From Flavobacteriales bacterium (lineage in GTDB: Bacteria > Bacteroidota > Bacteroidia > Flavobacteriales_D > Crocinitomicaceae): a stretch of DNA of 64,000 bases. The position numbers and the translations under genes are program-made. The notes under the pieces were generated by a model. That model saw only the letters and a list, made by a program, of their open reading frames with translations. It did not search any database and had not been told where the DNA came from. The stretch is from positions 50,719-114,718 of the forward strand of contig CANITF010000005.1 of the NCBI GenBank assembly GCA_947470515.1, given 5' to 3'. Shown here piece by piece: positions 28,104 through 38,199 of the stretch (position 1 is its first letter; every line of letters begins with the position of its first letter).

Positions 28104-29294
28104 TTAATCGGCAGTTTCTTCTATTGCTTCCAAAATAATTTGAGCAGCTTTTCTGATTTCTTCTTCTGTGATTGTTAATGGTGGTGATAATCTGAAACTA
28201 TAAGGATGCGATAAAAACCAAAAACTGATTAATCCTTTTTCAAGACATTTTTTAACAACCAATTCCACCCGTTCAAAAGAAACCATATCAAAAGCGAATA
28301 ACATTCCGATTCTTCTTACTTCTTTGATTTCAGAATTTTTAGAAATTAATGATTCTAATAAAGCACCGAATCTTTCAACTTCATTCAAGTCGACTTCTGA
28401 TGTTAATACTTCTAAAAAGGCATTTCCAGCGGCACAAATTACCGGGTGACCACCAAAAGTTGTAATGTGTCCCAACATTGGATTGTAGGTAAATTCCCAC
28501 AAATTTTCTTTTGAAGAAACAACAGCTCCAATTGGCATTCCACCACCAAGCGCTTTACCTAATGTTAAAATATCTGGTACAACGTTGAAATGTTCGAAAG
28601 CAAAAAGTGCTCCGGTTCTTCCCATTCCACATTGAATTTCATCGAAAATAAGTAAAGCACCAACTTCAGTGCATCTATTTCGCAGTACCTTCATGAAATC
28701 TTTAGACGGAATTCTGACCCCAGCGTCACCTTGAATTGTTTCAATGATTACACCAGCAGTTTTTTCAGTTATTTGAGAAAGATCTTCTATTGAATTGAAA
28801 CGTAAAAACCGAACATCGGGTAAAAGTGGTCGATATGCTTGTTTCTTAATTTCATTCCCGGAAACACTCAAAGAACCATGTGTACTTCCATGATACGATC
28901 CACGAAAGGAAACAATTTCTGTTCTTCCAGTAACTCGTTTTACAAGTTTTAATGCCGCCTCGTTCGCTTCTGTTCCTGAATTTACCGTGTAAACACAATT
29001 CAAATTTTGAGGTAGGAGAGAAGTGAGTTTTTTTGCAAAATCGTTTTGTGCATCTTGAATGAATTCGCCATACACCATAACATGTAAATGCTTGTCGATT
29101 TGAGCTTTTAATGCTTCTTTAATTTTCGGATGATTATGACCGATGTTATTTACAGCAACACCAGCAATCATGTCCATATAAGATTTGCCTGATTTATCGT
29201 AAATATAGATTCCATCAGCCCGATCAACTTCAATTAAGTATGGGTTTTGATTGGTCTGACCAAGTCTTTCAAGAAAATCTGTTGTATTCGACAT
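28104..29294 (-). CDS. Class-III (acetylornithine/ornithine/GABA-type) PLP-dependent aminotransferase
   Basis: NSGTEANEAALKL, DEIQCGMGRTGALFAFEH and a TLGKALGGGMPIGA PLP-lysine region. The preferred start is MSNTTDF (ATG at 29294), because the longer listed ORF would run into repeat module P. Confidence 0.85.
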   Translation of the reverse strand: MSNTTDFLERLGQTNQNPYLIEVDRADGIYIYDKSGKSYMDMIAGVAVNNIGHNHPKIKEALKAQIDKHLHVMVYGEFIQDAQNDFAKKLTSLLPQNLNCVYTVNSGTEANEAALKLVKRVTGRTEIVSFRGSYHGSTHGSLSVSGNEIKKQAYRPLLPDVRFLRFNSIEDLSQITEKTAGVIIETIQGDAGVRIPSKDFMKVLRNRCTEVGALLIFDEIQCGMGRTGALFAFEHFNVVPDILTLGKALGGGMPIGAVVSSKENLWEFTYNPMLGHITTFGGHPVICAAGNAFLEVLTSEVDLNEVERFGALLESLISKNSEIKEVRRIGMLFAFDMVSFERVELVVKKCLEKGLISFWFLSHPYSFRLSPPLTITEEEIRKAAQIILEAIEETAD

Positions 29295-29319
29295 ATTAAT
29301 TTTCAACTTATTTTTGAAC

Positions 29320-29367
29320 CACATAGCGATGCACTGAGTTTATCGAAGTGGAACATAGAACACATAG
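29320..29367. repeat. Reverse-complement copy of repeat module P (48/48 identical to 19835-19882)
   Basis: ACATAGCGATGCACTGAGTTTATCGAAGTGGAACATAGAACACATAG is the exact reverse complement of CTATGTGTTCTATGTTCCACTTCGATAAACTCAGTGCATCGCTATGT. One further flanking base also matches. Confidence 0.95.
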
Positions 29368-29430
29368 TTATTAAATCACTTTATATTCAAAATAGTCATT
29401 GTGTATATACCAAATACTTTTTCCAACTTT

Positions 29431-29487
29431 CAGTTATAAACTATAAACTATAAACTATAAACTCATCACTCATAGTTCATCACTCAG
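29431..29487. repeat. 3'-flank module: CAGTTATAAAC, a (TATAAAC)x4 array, then TCATCAC TCATAGT TCATCAC
   Basis: Read directly, with heptamers at 29435-29483. It shares CAGTTATAAACT, TCACTCAT and GTTCATCACTC with 56509-56550. Confidence 0.9.
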
Positions 29488-29494
29488 AAAGAAC

Positions 29495-30448
29495 CTATTT
29501 TCTCCCTATAGCCTTCAAGGCTGCATCAACCACATTTTGTGTGTCAATACCATATTTAGTCATAAGTTCCATTGGTGTTCCACTTTCTCCAAAAGAATCA
29601 TTCACTGCAACATATTCTTGTGGTGCAAGAAAATTTTGTGCTAACACTTGTGCAACAGAATCGCCCAAACCACCATTCATCATGTGTTCTTCAGCCGTGA
29701 CAACGCATTTCGTTTTTTGAACAGATTTCAAGATTGCTTGAACATCCAACGGTTTAATGGTGTGCATGTTAATCAATTCAACAGAAATTCCTTGTTCAGA
29801 AAGAATTTTCGCAGCTTCAATTGATTTCCAGACTAAATGCCCACAAGCGATAATTGTTAAGTCTGTTCCTTCTATTAAGACGTCAGCTTTACCGATCACA
29901 AAATCAGCATCAGCAGGAACAAAAATTGGCATCACAGGTCGACCAAATCTTAAATATACTGGACCAACATGTTTTGCTATTGCCAGTGTTGCTTGTTTCG
30001 TTTGATTGAAGTCTGCAGGAACAATTACGGTCATGTTTGGCAGCATTTTCATCATTCCAATATCTTCTAAAATTTGATGCGTGGCTCCATCTTCTCCCAA
30101 AGTAAGTCCAGCATGTGACGCACAGATCTTTACATTCTTCTGAGAATATGCAATTGATTGACGAATTTGGTCATAAACTCTTCCAGTCGAAAAATTGGCA
30201 AAAGTCCCTGTAAATGGAATCTTTCCTCCGATAGTCATTCCAGCTGCCACACTCATCATATTGGCTTCAGCAATTCCCATTTGGAAAAATCTTTCAGGAT
30301 TTTCCTTTAAAAATGCATCCATTTTTAGCGAACCAGTAAGGTCTGCGCATAAAGCAACAACATCTTTATTCGTTCTGCCTAATTCAGCTAATCCTTCTCC
30401 AAAACCTGATCGGGTATCTTTATTTCCAAAAATTTCAAAATCTTTCAT
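29495..30448 (-). CDS. Transketolase, C-terminal subunit (pyrimidine-binding + C-terminal domains)
   Basis: 317 aa. [27 protein letters not shown] and [11 protein letters not shown] are typical of the split-transketolase B subunit. Confidence 0.9.
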   Translation of the reverse strand: MKDFEIFGNKDTRSGFGEGLAELGRTNKDVVALCADLTGSLKMDAFLKENPERFFQMGIAEANMMSVAAGMTIGGKIPFTGTFANFSTGRVYDQIRQSIAYSQKNVKICASHAGLTLGEDGATHQILEDIGMMKMLPNMTVIVPADFNQTKQATLAIAKHVGPVYLRFGRPVMPIFVPADADFVIGKADVLIEGTDLTIIACGHLVWKSIEAAKILSEQGISVELINMHTIKPLDVQAILKSVQKTKCVVTAEEHMMNGGLGDSVAQVLAQNFLAPQEYVAVNDSFGESGTPMELMTKYGIDTQNVVDAALKAIGRK

Positions 30449-30450
30449 TA

Positions 30451-31803
30451 CTATATTATTATTGTTGTTGTTTTATTCGATAATATTCTAAAATCCTTTT
30501 CTAATGTATATGTTGATGATTTTAGCGCCTTAGGACGATAAACCATTCGGTAATTTCCAGGCTGCAATTGAATTGATCCAGAATAAACGGTCTCATCCAA
30601 ATTACAAACCCATTCGATTGAACCATCATCTTTTATTACGAATATTTGTGCAATAGCAGAATTTGTTTCACGATAAGATAAAAGTCCAGGAGCCATTATG
30701 TCAACATTTACAGTGCTGCTTTGAGTCACATCAACGCTGAAATAAGAGCGTGGTAAAGTCAAAATTTCAAGATCGTATTTCCCAATAATGTACTTATCAG
30801 ATCTATTGATTTTTTGAACATTTAAGGTTAATGGTTTACCATTTTGCATAACCCTTGTTTCAATAGGATAGGCCTTTGTCGCATTGATAAAGCGTACTTT
30901 AATAAATCCTTGTGGCGCATCTAAAACAATCGTGTTATGTGTGTTTTTTTGAAGCACAATATTTTTCTTACTAACTTGTGGAATTGTATTTACAATTAAA
31001 TCATATTTGAAAGCGGGGTCAATGATTAATGTGTCTGGATTCCCGAAACGATTAATTGTATGCACAAAAGTATATTTTAAATTTTTTGTTCCAGCCTCAA
31101 ATAAAAACATCGTCACATCCGTTTCCTTCGGGTTTTTAGAACTATCATTTAAATTTATTTGTACAGTAGTATTTAATAGTGCTTTTGATACTACATTTTT
31201 CAGAACACTTCTAAAAGCATCTTTTGTTTCGGCATCAGCATATTCGCCAATACATTTAAATTTTTCAAGGTATGAAAGATCTAAACCTAAGCCAATAACG
31301 AATGGTGTCACTTTAACACCTTTATCTTTTAATTTCTTTGCTATAACACACGGATCATTATCACAAGCTTCAAGACCATCAGTTATAAGAATGATAATAT
31401 TGCGTGAATTTTGATCTGGAAAATCATCAGCTGCAGCTTCTAATGAACGAGCTATTGGTGTCGTCCCTTTTGCTTCAATTGATTTGATTCGGTATTTGAC
31501 TTTGTCAAAATTATCTACACCAAATGGAATTTCAAGTTTCGTGTCATTACAATCTTGGTAAGTTGCAGTAATTGGAGATTGATGACCATAAACACGAAGC
31601 GCAATTTCCAAATTAGCAGTACCCTTTAAACTATCAACTGCATTTGCTAAGATTTCTTTAGCTGCTTGAATTCTCGTTTGTGAGCCCCATTGCGCATTCA
31701 TACTATTGGAAGCATCCAAAATAAAAAGGATACGTGTTAGTTGCTCTTGCCCATAAAAATAAGGGATGAAAAAAAGAGATAATATAAGTGCTAATTTCTT
31801 CAA
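30451..31803 (-). CDS. Secreted von Willebrand factor type A (vWA) domain protein with a ~250-aa C-terminal region I cannot assign
   Basis: TTG start followed directly by a signal peptide ([18 protein letters not shown]). A MIDAS motif DASNSM is present, along with GTTPIARSL and [11 protein letters not shown]. Confidence 0.8.
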   Translation of the reverse strand: MKKLALILSLFFIPYFYGQEQLTRILFILDASNSMNAQWGSQTRIQAAKEILANAVDSLKGTANLEIALRVYGHQSPITATYQDCNDTKLEIPFGVDNFDKVKYRIKSIEAKGTTPIARSLEAAADDFPDQNSRNIIILITDGLEACDNDPCVIAKKLKDKGVKVTPFVIGLGLDLSYLEKFKCIGEYADAETKDAFRSVLKNVVSKALLNTTVQINLNDSSKNPKETDVTMFLFEAGTKNLKYTFVHTINRFGNPDTLIIDPAFKYDLIVNTIPQVSKKNIVLQKNTHNTIVLDAPQGFIKVRFINATKAYPIETRVMQNGKPLTLNVQKINRSDKYIIGKYDLEILTLPRSYFSVDVTQSSTVNVDIMAPGLLSYRETNSAIAQIFVIKDDGSIEWVCNLDETVYSGSIQLQPGNYRMVYRPKALKSSTYTLEKDFRILSNKTTTIII

Positions 31804-32646
31804 TTAATAGTCTCCTAATGTTTCTTCTAACTGTGATAATGCATTCACTAATTGCTCCGGATTAGGCGCAACACCATGCCATTTGTGTGAACCAACCATA
31901 AAATCAACACCTTGACCCATTTCAGTTTTCATAATGATTACAACTGGCTTGCCATTTTCGCATAAACTTTGTGCTTTTTGCATTACATTATTCATATCAT
32001 TAAAGTTGTGTCCATCCATTTCAAGAACAGACCAACCAAAAGCTTGCCATTTATCGTGCAAATTGCCTAAAGAAAGCACATCTTCAACATCACCATCAAT
32101 TTGTCGACCGTTGTAATCTATCGTTGCAATAATATTATCCACATTATTGGCTGCCGCATACATTGCTGCTTCCCAGATTTGTCCTTCCTGCAATTCACCA
32201 TCCCCATGCAGACAATATACAAAAGAAGCATCTTTGTTCATTTTTTTAACTTGAGCTGCTCCAATTGCAACAGATAAACCTTGACCTAAAGAACCAGAAG
32301 CCATTCTAATTCCAGGTAATTTTTTGTCTGTTGAAGGGTGTCCTTGTAATTTAGAAGATAATTTTCTGAAGGTTCCTAAATCAGCAACAGGGAAATACCC
32401 AGAACGAGCTAGGACACTATACCAAACAGGTGAGATGTGACCATTCGATAAGAAAAACAAATCTTCACCAATTCCATCCATAGTGAAATTTTTAGGATTA
32501 TGCTTCATAACGTCGAAGTACAAGAAAGTTAAAAAATCAGCACAACCCAATGATCCACCTGGATGCCCAGAGTTAACGCCTGCTACCATTCTTACAATAT
32601 CTCTGCGCACTTGAGATGCAACTCTTTCTAATTCTATTCTTTCCAT
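31804..32646 (-). CDS. Transketolase, N-terminal subunit (TPP-binding)
   Basis: 280 aa. SGHPGGSLG, SNGHISP, the LHGDGELQEGQIWEA (GDG...N) TPP motif, and DYNGRQIDG. Confidence 0.9.
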   Translation of the reverse strand: MERIELERVASQVRRDIVRMVAGVNSGHPGGSLGCADFLTFLYFDVMKHNPKNFTMDGIGEDLFFLSNGHISPVWYSVLARSGYFPVADLGTFRKLSSKLQGHPSTDKKLPGIRMASGSLGQGLSVAIGAAQVKKMNKDASFVYCLHGDGELQEGQIWEAAMYAAANNVDNIIATIDYNGRQIDGDVEDVLSLGNLHDKWQAFGWSVLEMDGHNFNDMNNVMQKAQSLCENGKPVVIIMKTEMGQGVDFMVGSHKWHGVAPNPEQLVNALSQLEETLGDY

Positions 32647-32952
32647 GGTTTCTTTACTTACTCGATTTTACTGCTACAAAACTAAGTTTAATAATCCATT
32701 GAGTTTCTTTTGAAAGCACTACAGTTATCCCCAAAAAGGTCTTTTTTTAAACAATTTTAAATTTAATTAAGGTTTTCTTATTGGGGAAATATTAAAAGAT
32801 CAATTATGGTAATTTCTGAATGTGAAAATGCTTTAAATATTCTTGGTTATAAATATTAATCTTATTTTAGATGACTGAAATAAAATATAATTGTGCAACT
32901 ATTTTTTTGAAAAATAAGTCTATTAAATTGAAACTATGAAATACTTTATATA

Positions 32953-33312
32953 ATGACAAAAAAAATCACTATCCTTATTATGTTTGTTTTGCCAATTTGT
33001 TCTTTCGGGCAAACGTCTAAAAAGGCATCTGAATCAAATCAAATCTCCAAGAAATCGAATCAAACATTTGAAGAGTATTGTCTTATTAATGCCTTGAGTT
33101 ACATAACAATTGTTCCTGAAAAAGCAAAAAGTTTTAAAGTTTCTGGAGAATTACAATCATTAGAAAACAGTAAAAAGTCAAGTTATATTGATTACGGAGT
33201 TGAATTGAAAGAAAATGAAACGCAGTATTTTAAATTAATAGGTTCAGAAAAAATATTGGCTATTCAATCGTTAAATGCTCTACGTTTAACTTATTCAAAT
33301 ACGAAGAAATGA
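32953..33312 (+). CDS. Hypothetical small exported protein
   Basis: Signal peptide MTKKITILIMFVLPICSFGQ. It overlaps the next gene by 4 nt (ATGA), which suggests co-translation. Confidence 0.5.
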   Translation: MTKKITILIMFVLPICSFGQTSKKASESNQISKKSNQTFEEYCLINALSYITIVPEKAKSFKVSGELQSLENSKKSSYIDYGVELKENETQYFKLIGSEKILAIQSLNALRLTYSNTKK

Positions 33313-35747
33313 TTAAGATGAAAAATTCCTTTTCCAAACTTGTTGCATTATGCTTTGCTTTTATCGCTTTTAATGCAAATTCACAGTTGACATTAACTGG
33401 TCCTGATAACAATCAAACAAATCCATTGGATTGTGGAACAATATCGGCTATAACACTTAATTTCACTGATGGTGCTGGTAACTATGCATCCAATATGAAC
33501 GAAACAATTGTCTTTTGCCCTGATTTAACTCAAGGAACAAAAGTTTCTATTGCATTTGCAACAAATATTGGGTTCGAATGGAATGTTGACCCTACAGATA
33601 CATTATATGTTTATGATGGTCCGAATACATCTTCACCTTTATTGGGGGCGTATAATTCAGGAACTGATATAAACGGTTTTTTTGTTCAAGCTTCTTTTGA
33701 TAATAATCCTTCTGGATGTTTGACATTAGTTTTTCATTCGAATGGTGTATCTGAAGGAACTGGTTGGGTTGCTCACGTTGCATGCAGTAATGCTCCTCAA
33801 CCATTTTTTCCTCATATCACTGCATTTAAAAATGGTGTTGGTCCAAATGTCTTGAATCCTATTGACACAGGTTATGTTGATGTTTGTTTCGGAGATTCAA
33901 TCATGTTTGTTGCTACACCTACATTCCCATATTCTTTGGAAACTGTAGGTTCTGGATATTCTCAAAATGTTGGAAATTGCACGTATGATTGGACAATTGG
34001 TGGAGTTGGTTCATTTGCAAATGATACAATGTGGTTCACACCTCCAGCAAGAACTGGATATTATATAGATTTGAGAATTACAGATATGTTCCCACAAATT
34101 GAACGAATCACTTGTAAAGTTAGGGTTTCTCAGTTGCCGATTTTTGCAGGGACAGGTCCTGTAGAGGATACTGTTTGTTTAGGTCAAAATACCATGCTCA
34201 TTGGTGGTGTTACACCTACGGATACTGTAGGTATTGATATCCCCTTCGGAACGTTCCAAATAGGAGGAACTTTTGCTGGTTTAACATTTTTACCTGATGG
34301 TACTGGTGCCGTTTACACTACAACAATTCCTATTTCGGGCTTTGATGATACAACGACCTATCAAAATCCTGGGGATATAGATCAGTTATGTTTAGATATC
34401 GAACATTCATATTTAGGTGACCTTGAAATTGCTATAACATGTCCAAATGGAACTATGGTTTCACTTTGGAACGGTTTTAATGCTGGTGGTGGTGAATTAG
34501 TACCAGGCGGCTGTGGTAATGGAATAGGGACTTCTTTAGGAAATGATACAGATATTGATGGTGGCATTCCAGGAAGTCCGGTATGGACTTATTGTTTTTC
34601 GGAAGTCAATGCAACCTTCGGTACAATGTGTGCTGAAAATGCTGCGGGAAATTGGATTGTTAATGACTATGGTTGGCAATCAATGAACCCAAATGGAGTT
34701 TATTTACCTGATGGAAATTTTAGTGATTTTGTTGGTTGCCCTATAAATGGTAACTGGACAATCACAGTTCAAGATAACCAAGGAATTGATGATGGTTATA
34801 TTTTTCAATGGGGATTATACTTTAATGCTGGTTTGTATCCCGATTCTGAAGGTTATCAAAATACTGTTGTAAGTGAATTTTGGACAAATGATCCAACAAT
34901 TGTTTCTGGTCAAGGTGATACACTTTTAATTATTCAACCAAATACTCCCGGGGATTATTCATATACATATAATATTGTTGATAATTTTGGATGTCCATAT
35001 GACACAACCGTTTCCTTGTTTGTAATGTCTTTACCTTCAATCTTTGCAGATACTACTGTTTGTGCTTTAGGAATGTTTGCTACTGGAACCCAAGCTTATG
35101 CTGGTGGAGAATGGTCATCAACTTCTTCGAATATTTCATTTGCACCAGATTCGGTCACCTTGAATCCAGCAATAAATGCAACCGTCGCCGGAACGTATAC
35201 TGTTAATTTTACCGATGATGCTTGCAACCAGACGGTCTCCGCGGATATTTATTTCCCTCCTTATGCATATACGATGGTTCTTGATACCGTAATTTGTGCA
35301 GGGGCGCCTTATACCGTTTATGCACAAGAAAATTCTACGATAAATAGCTTTTTATGGAATACAGGGTCTACAGCGTCATCAACTGAAATAACGCTACCGG
35401 GTGATTATATTGTGTCTGTATCAAACATTTGTTATACATATATTGATACAGCAACAATTGGGACTTATATATGTGAATTAAATGCACCCAATATTATTGT
35501 TTTGTCTTCTCAAGCTGGGAATAATTCTTTCTTCGTTCAATATGATGGTGTAGAGAAATTTAACTGTGCTATTTTAAATAGATGGGGTAATACTATTTAT
35601 GAATTTAGCGATCCTGCTGGAAAATGGGACGGACGCACTTCAGGTGGTAATTTAGTTGAGGAAGGAACCTATTTTTATATAATCAAAGCTACTTTCTTTG
35701 GTGGTGAGGAAATAACGAAGCACGGTTTTGTTCAGGTTAAGTATTAA
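33309..35747 (+). CDS. Large secreted protein with a CUB-like N-terminal domain, a proprotein-convertase P-domain and a T9SS type-B C-terminal domain
   Basis: LYVYDGPNTSSPLLGAYNSG is CUB-like. HSYLGDLEIAITCPNGTMVSLW is the P-domain signature. The C-terminal NRWGNTIYEF...GKWDGRTSGGNLVEEGTYFYII is the type-B CTD. Confidence 0.8.
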   Translation: MIKMKNSFSKLVALCFAFIAFNANSQLTLTGPDNNQTNPLDCGTISAITLNFTDGAGNYASNMNETIVFCPDLTQGTKVSIAFATNIGFEWNVDPTDTLYVYDGPNTSSPLLGAYNSGTDINGFFVQASFDNNPSGCLTLVFHSNGVSEGTGWVAHVACSNAPQPFFPHITAFKNGVGPNVLNPIDTGYVDVCFGDSIMFVATPTFPYSLETVGSGYSQNVGNCTYDWTIGGVGSFANDTMWFTPPARTGYYIDLRITDMFPQIERITCKVRVSQLPIFAGTGPVEDTVCLGQNTMLIGGVTPTDTVGIDIPFGTFQIGGTFAGLTFLPDGTGAVYTTTIPISGFDDTTTYQNPGDIDQLCLDIEHSYLGDLEIAITCPNGTMVSLWNGFNAGGGELVPGGCGNGIGTSLGNDTDIDGGIPGSPVWTYCFSEVNATFGTMCAENAAGNWIVNDYGWQSMNPNGVYLPDGNFSDFVGCPINGNWTITVQDNQGIDDGYIFQWGLYFNAGLYPDSEGYQNTVVSEFWTNDPTIVSGQGDTLLIIQPNTPGDYSYTYNIVDNFGCPYDTTVSLFVMSLPSIFADTTVCALGMFATGTQAYAGGEWSSTSSNISFAPDSVTLNPAINATVAGTYTVNFTDDACNQTVSADIYFPPYAYTMVLDTVICAGAPYTVYAQENSTINSFLWNTGSTASSTEITLPGDYIVSVSNICYTYIDTATIGTYICELNAPNIIVLSSQAGNNSFFVQYDGVEKFNCAILNRWGNTIYEFSDPAGKWDGRTSGGNLVEEGTYFYIIKATFFGGEEITKHGFVQVKY

Positions 35748-35769
35748 AAAATGACATTACTTATATTGA

Positions 35770-35800
35770 AAGCGGTTTCCGAAAGAAACCGCTTTTTTTT
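35770..35800 (+). terminator. Rho-independent terminator
   Basis: AAGCGGTTTC, a CGAAA loop and GAAACCGCTT form a perfect 10-bp stem, followed by T8. Confidence 0.9.
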
Positions 35801-35851
35801 GCGCAAAAAATAAAACTAGAAACCAAGTAATATTATTGAATTGTTTAGCGT

Positions 35852-35859
35852 TACTTTTG
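35852..35859 (+). promoter_or_regulatory. Candidate -7 promoter box (TACTTTTG) upstream of gap
   Basis: TAnnTTTG match 41 nt upstream of the gap ATG and downstream of a strong terminator. Confidence 0.4.
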
Positions 35860-35899
35860 TTTACATTAGTTGTGTATTTGAATCAAAAAAATAAGTGTT

Positions 35900-36889
35900 A
35901 TGAAAACGATTGGAGTTAATGGTTTTGGGAGAATTGGACGTTATTTTACACGATTGAGTTTAGATTCAAATGAAGTGAATGTAGCTGTAATAAACGATGT
36001 GTCTGATATTAAAACATTGGCTCACTTGTTAAAATATGACAGTGTTCATCGTGGATTAAAGCATGAATTTAAAATTGAAGGTAATGCACTTGTTTTTGAA
36101 AATGGGAAAAAGATAATTTTTCTTCAGGAACGAAACCCTGCATTAATTCTATGGGAAGAGCATAATGTTGATACCGTTTTGGAATCGACAGGTTTATTCT
36201 TGACAACTGAAGAGGCATCAAAACATTTAATTGGTGGAGCAAAAAAAGTTGTAATTTCTGCTCCTGCAAATAGTGAGGATATTAAAACTATCGTTTTAGG
36301 TGTAAATGATGCTATTTTAGAAAATACTGATGTTATTATTTCCAATGCATCGTGCACCACAAATAACGTTGCTCCAATGGTGATGGTTATGCGTCAATTA
36401 TGCGAAATAGAAAGTGCATATATCACGACTATTCACAGTTATACGTCAGATCAACGATTACATGATGCTCCTCACAAAGATTTGAGAAGAGCGAGGGCAG
36501 CTGCAGAATCAATTGTTCCAACATCAACAGGCGCAGCAAAAGCAATCACAAAAATATTTCCAGAATTGGAAGGTAAAATTGGTGGTTGTGGTGTTCGAGT
36601 TCCTGTTCCAGATGGTTCTTTTACGGATCTCACTTTAGTGGTCAAAAATCCACCAACTATTGAAGTTATAAACGCTGCAATGAAAACAGCATCTGAAACA
36701 TATTTGAAAGGAATATTAGACTACACTGAAGATCCAATCGTTTCAGTTGATGTTATTGGAAATCCAAATAGCTGTTTATTTGATTCAGAATTGACCAGTG
36801 TGGTTAACAATATGATTAAAATTGTTGGTTGGTACGACAATGAAGCAGGTTATTCGAATCGATTAATTGATTTAGTTCAAAAGGTTTAA
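35900..36889 (+). CDS. gap: Type I glyceraldehyde-3-phosphate dehydrogenase
   Basis: INGFGRIGR, an SNASCTTN active site, and WYDNEAGYS near the C-terminus. Confidence 0.93.
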   Translation: MKTIGVNGFGRIGRYFTRLSLDSNEVNVAVINDVSDIKTLAHLLKYDSVHRGLKHEFKIEGNALVFENGKKIIFLQERNPALILWEEHNVDTVLESTGLFLTTEEASKHLIGGAKKVVISAPANSEDIKTIVLGVNDAILENTDVIISNASCTTNNVAPMVMVMRQLCEIESAYITTIHSYTSDQRLHDAPHKDLRRARAAAESIVPTSTGAAKAITKIFPELEGKIGGCGVRVPVPDGSFTDLTLVVKNPPTIEVINAAMKTASETYLKGILDYTEDPIVSVDVIGNPNSCLFDSELTSVVNNMIKIVGWYDNEAGYSNRLIDLVQKV

Positions 36890-38157
36890 GGCCATTTAAA
36901 AACCCACGCTTTTGATGAAATACTTCTTGCGCCTGGTAAAGCATTGTTAGCGGCTTCAATTGAGCTAAAGGATGCAATACTCACTATGTATAGATTATCA
37001 AATTGACCTATTATTATTGATTGATTGCCTTCAGAAACTAATCTATTTTGGTATCTATCAGCATTAGATTTCTCAATAAATGCTCCACCAATGATGTGAT
37101 AACTGTTAGAAATAGTAACTGCTGGTTCAGGATTTACCTGTTCCACAATTGGCTTAACATTCTTTTTTGGTTCTACTTGGTTTTTTTCATTCAGACTTTC
37201 TTCTTCTGTCATTTTTGAATCTTCTTTTGGTGCAGATTTCTCGATTTCTGAATTGTTTGTTGAACTATTATTTTTCTCTTGAACAGTTGTTTCCTTTGCC
37301 ATGAAAGGCAAGAATTTCTCCAAACTATTATAGAACAAACCGAAAGTCAACGTTCCTCCAACCAATAATACACCCGCCACTAATAATAAATAGAATACAG
37401 GTTTTCTGCGTTTTTTGTCCTTTTTAGTTTTTTCAATAATTGGTTTTTTAGGGCGCTCGATTTTTGCATTTAGCGGTGGAACATCTAAATCATCTGCCCA
37501 TTGATCAGCTTCAGAATATGTTGCTGTTTCAATTATTTCGGGTTCTATTGTATGCTCTGTCAAAGAGTTACTTTCAAGTGCAATTGGTTCTTCAACATTT
37601 TCGGATAGTTCTTCAACTGTATTCTCTGAAATAGCGTTTTTATTCTCAATTTTTAATTCTTCAATTGGTTGAACTTTTTTCTTAACTACTTTTGGTTTTT
37701 TAATTTTTTCTGGAATTATTTCAATTAGAGTTTTTTCTGGAACACTTTCTATTGTTGCAATCTCTTCCGCACTAATAATTTCAACTTGAATTATATCTTT
37801 TTCAACGGTTTTTTCAATTGTAGGTCTTTCTTCAATAGTTTCCTTGTTCCAACAATTGAATTCGATATCGCCACTTGGGTTTTTAATGAATGATCCAAAT
37901 TGATACATGTCATATGATTCTCCATTATTTAATTTAGCTTCAATTTCTCGAACATATTTGGCAATTAAATTTTTGGCATCGTTATCTGACATTCCTTCTG
38001 TTTCCGAAATGTATTGAGATAATTTGCCATCATCGTATTTCAAATAAGGCATGAATAAACATTCACCTGTTTCCGGATTCGTTAAATTGAGTGCTCCTAA
38101 ACCAGGGATAATTATGGTTTTGAATGCTTTTAGAATTTCTACAAGGTACTTGTCCAT
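36886..38157 (-). CDS. HU-like N-terminal domain / SPOR C-terminal domain membrane protein
   Basis: The N-terminal LVEILKAFKTIIIPGLGAL is HU/CCDC81-like. It is followed by a low-complexity E/K-rich linker and one TM helix. The C-terminal YHIIGGAFIEKSNADRYQNRL...YIVSIASFSSIEAANN fits the SPOR fold pattern. Confidence 0.6.
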   Translation of the reverse strand: MDKYLVEILKAFKTIIIPGLGALNLTNPETGECLFMPYLKYDDGKLSQYISETEGMSDNDAKNLIAKYVREIEAKLNNGESYDMYQFGSFIKNPSGDIEFNCWNKETIEERPTIEKTVEKDIIQVEIISAEEIATIESVPEKTLIEIIPEKIKKPKVVKKKVQPIEELKIENKNAISENTVEELSENVEEPIALESNSLTEHTIEPEIIETATYSEADQWADDLDVPPLNAKIERPKKPIIEKTKKDKKRRKPVFYLLLVAGVLLVGGTLTFGLFYNSLEKFLPFMAKETTVQEKNNSSTNNSEIEKSAPKEDSKMTEEESLNEKNQVEPKKNVKPIVEQVNPEPAVTISNSYHIIGGAFIEKSNADRYQNRLVSEGNQSIIIGQFDNLYIVSIASFSSIEAANNALPGARSISSKAWVFKWP

Positions 38158-38199
38158 GCCAAATAATTTATACTAATGTAATAAATTGCCATTTAAATA

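Noticed and set aside
29247-29453. Listed 68-aa plus-strand ORF across the aminotransferase 5' end and the repeat spacer
   Set aside because: It is antisense to a well-supported gene start, runs through repeat module P and the heptamer array, and has no recognisable motif.
29421-29494. C/D-box-like words on the minus-strand RNA (GUGAUGA twice, then CUGA) downstream of transketolase-C, with a similar pattern at 56509-56554
   Set aside because: The 5' and 3' flanks do not form the terminal stem needed next to box C and box D for a k-turn. The UGAUGA words are explained by the TCATCAC heptamer repeats. C/D sRNAs are archaeal or eukaryotic. The resemblance is most likely coincidental.
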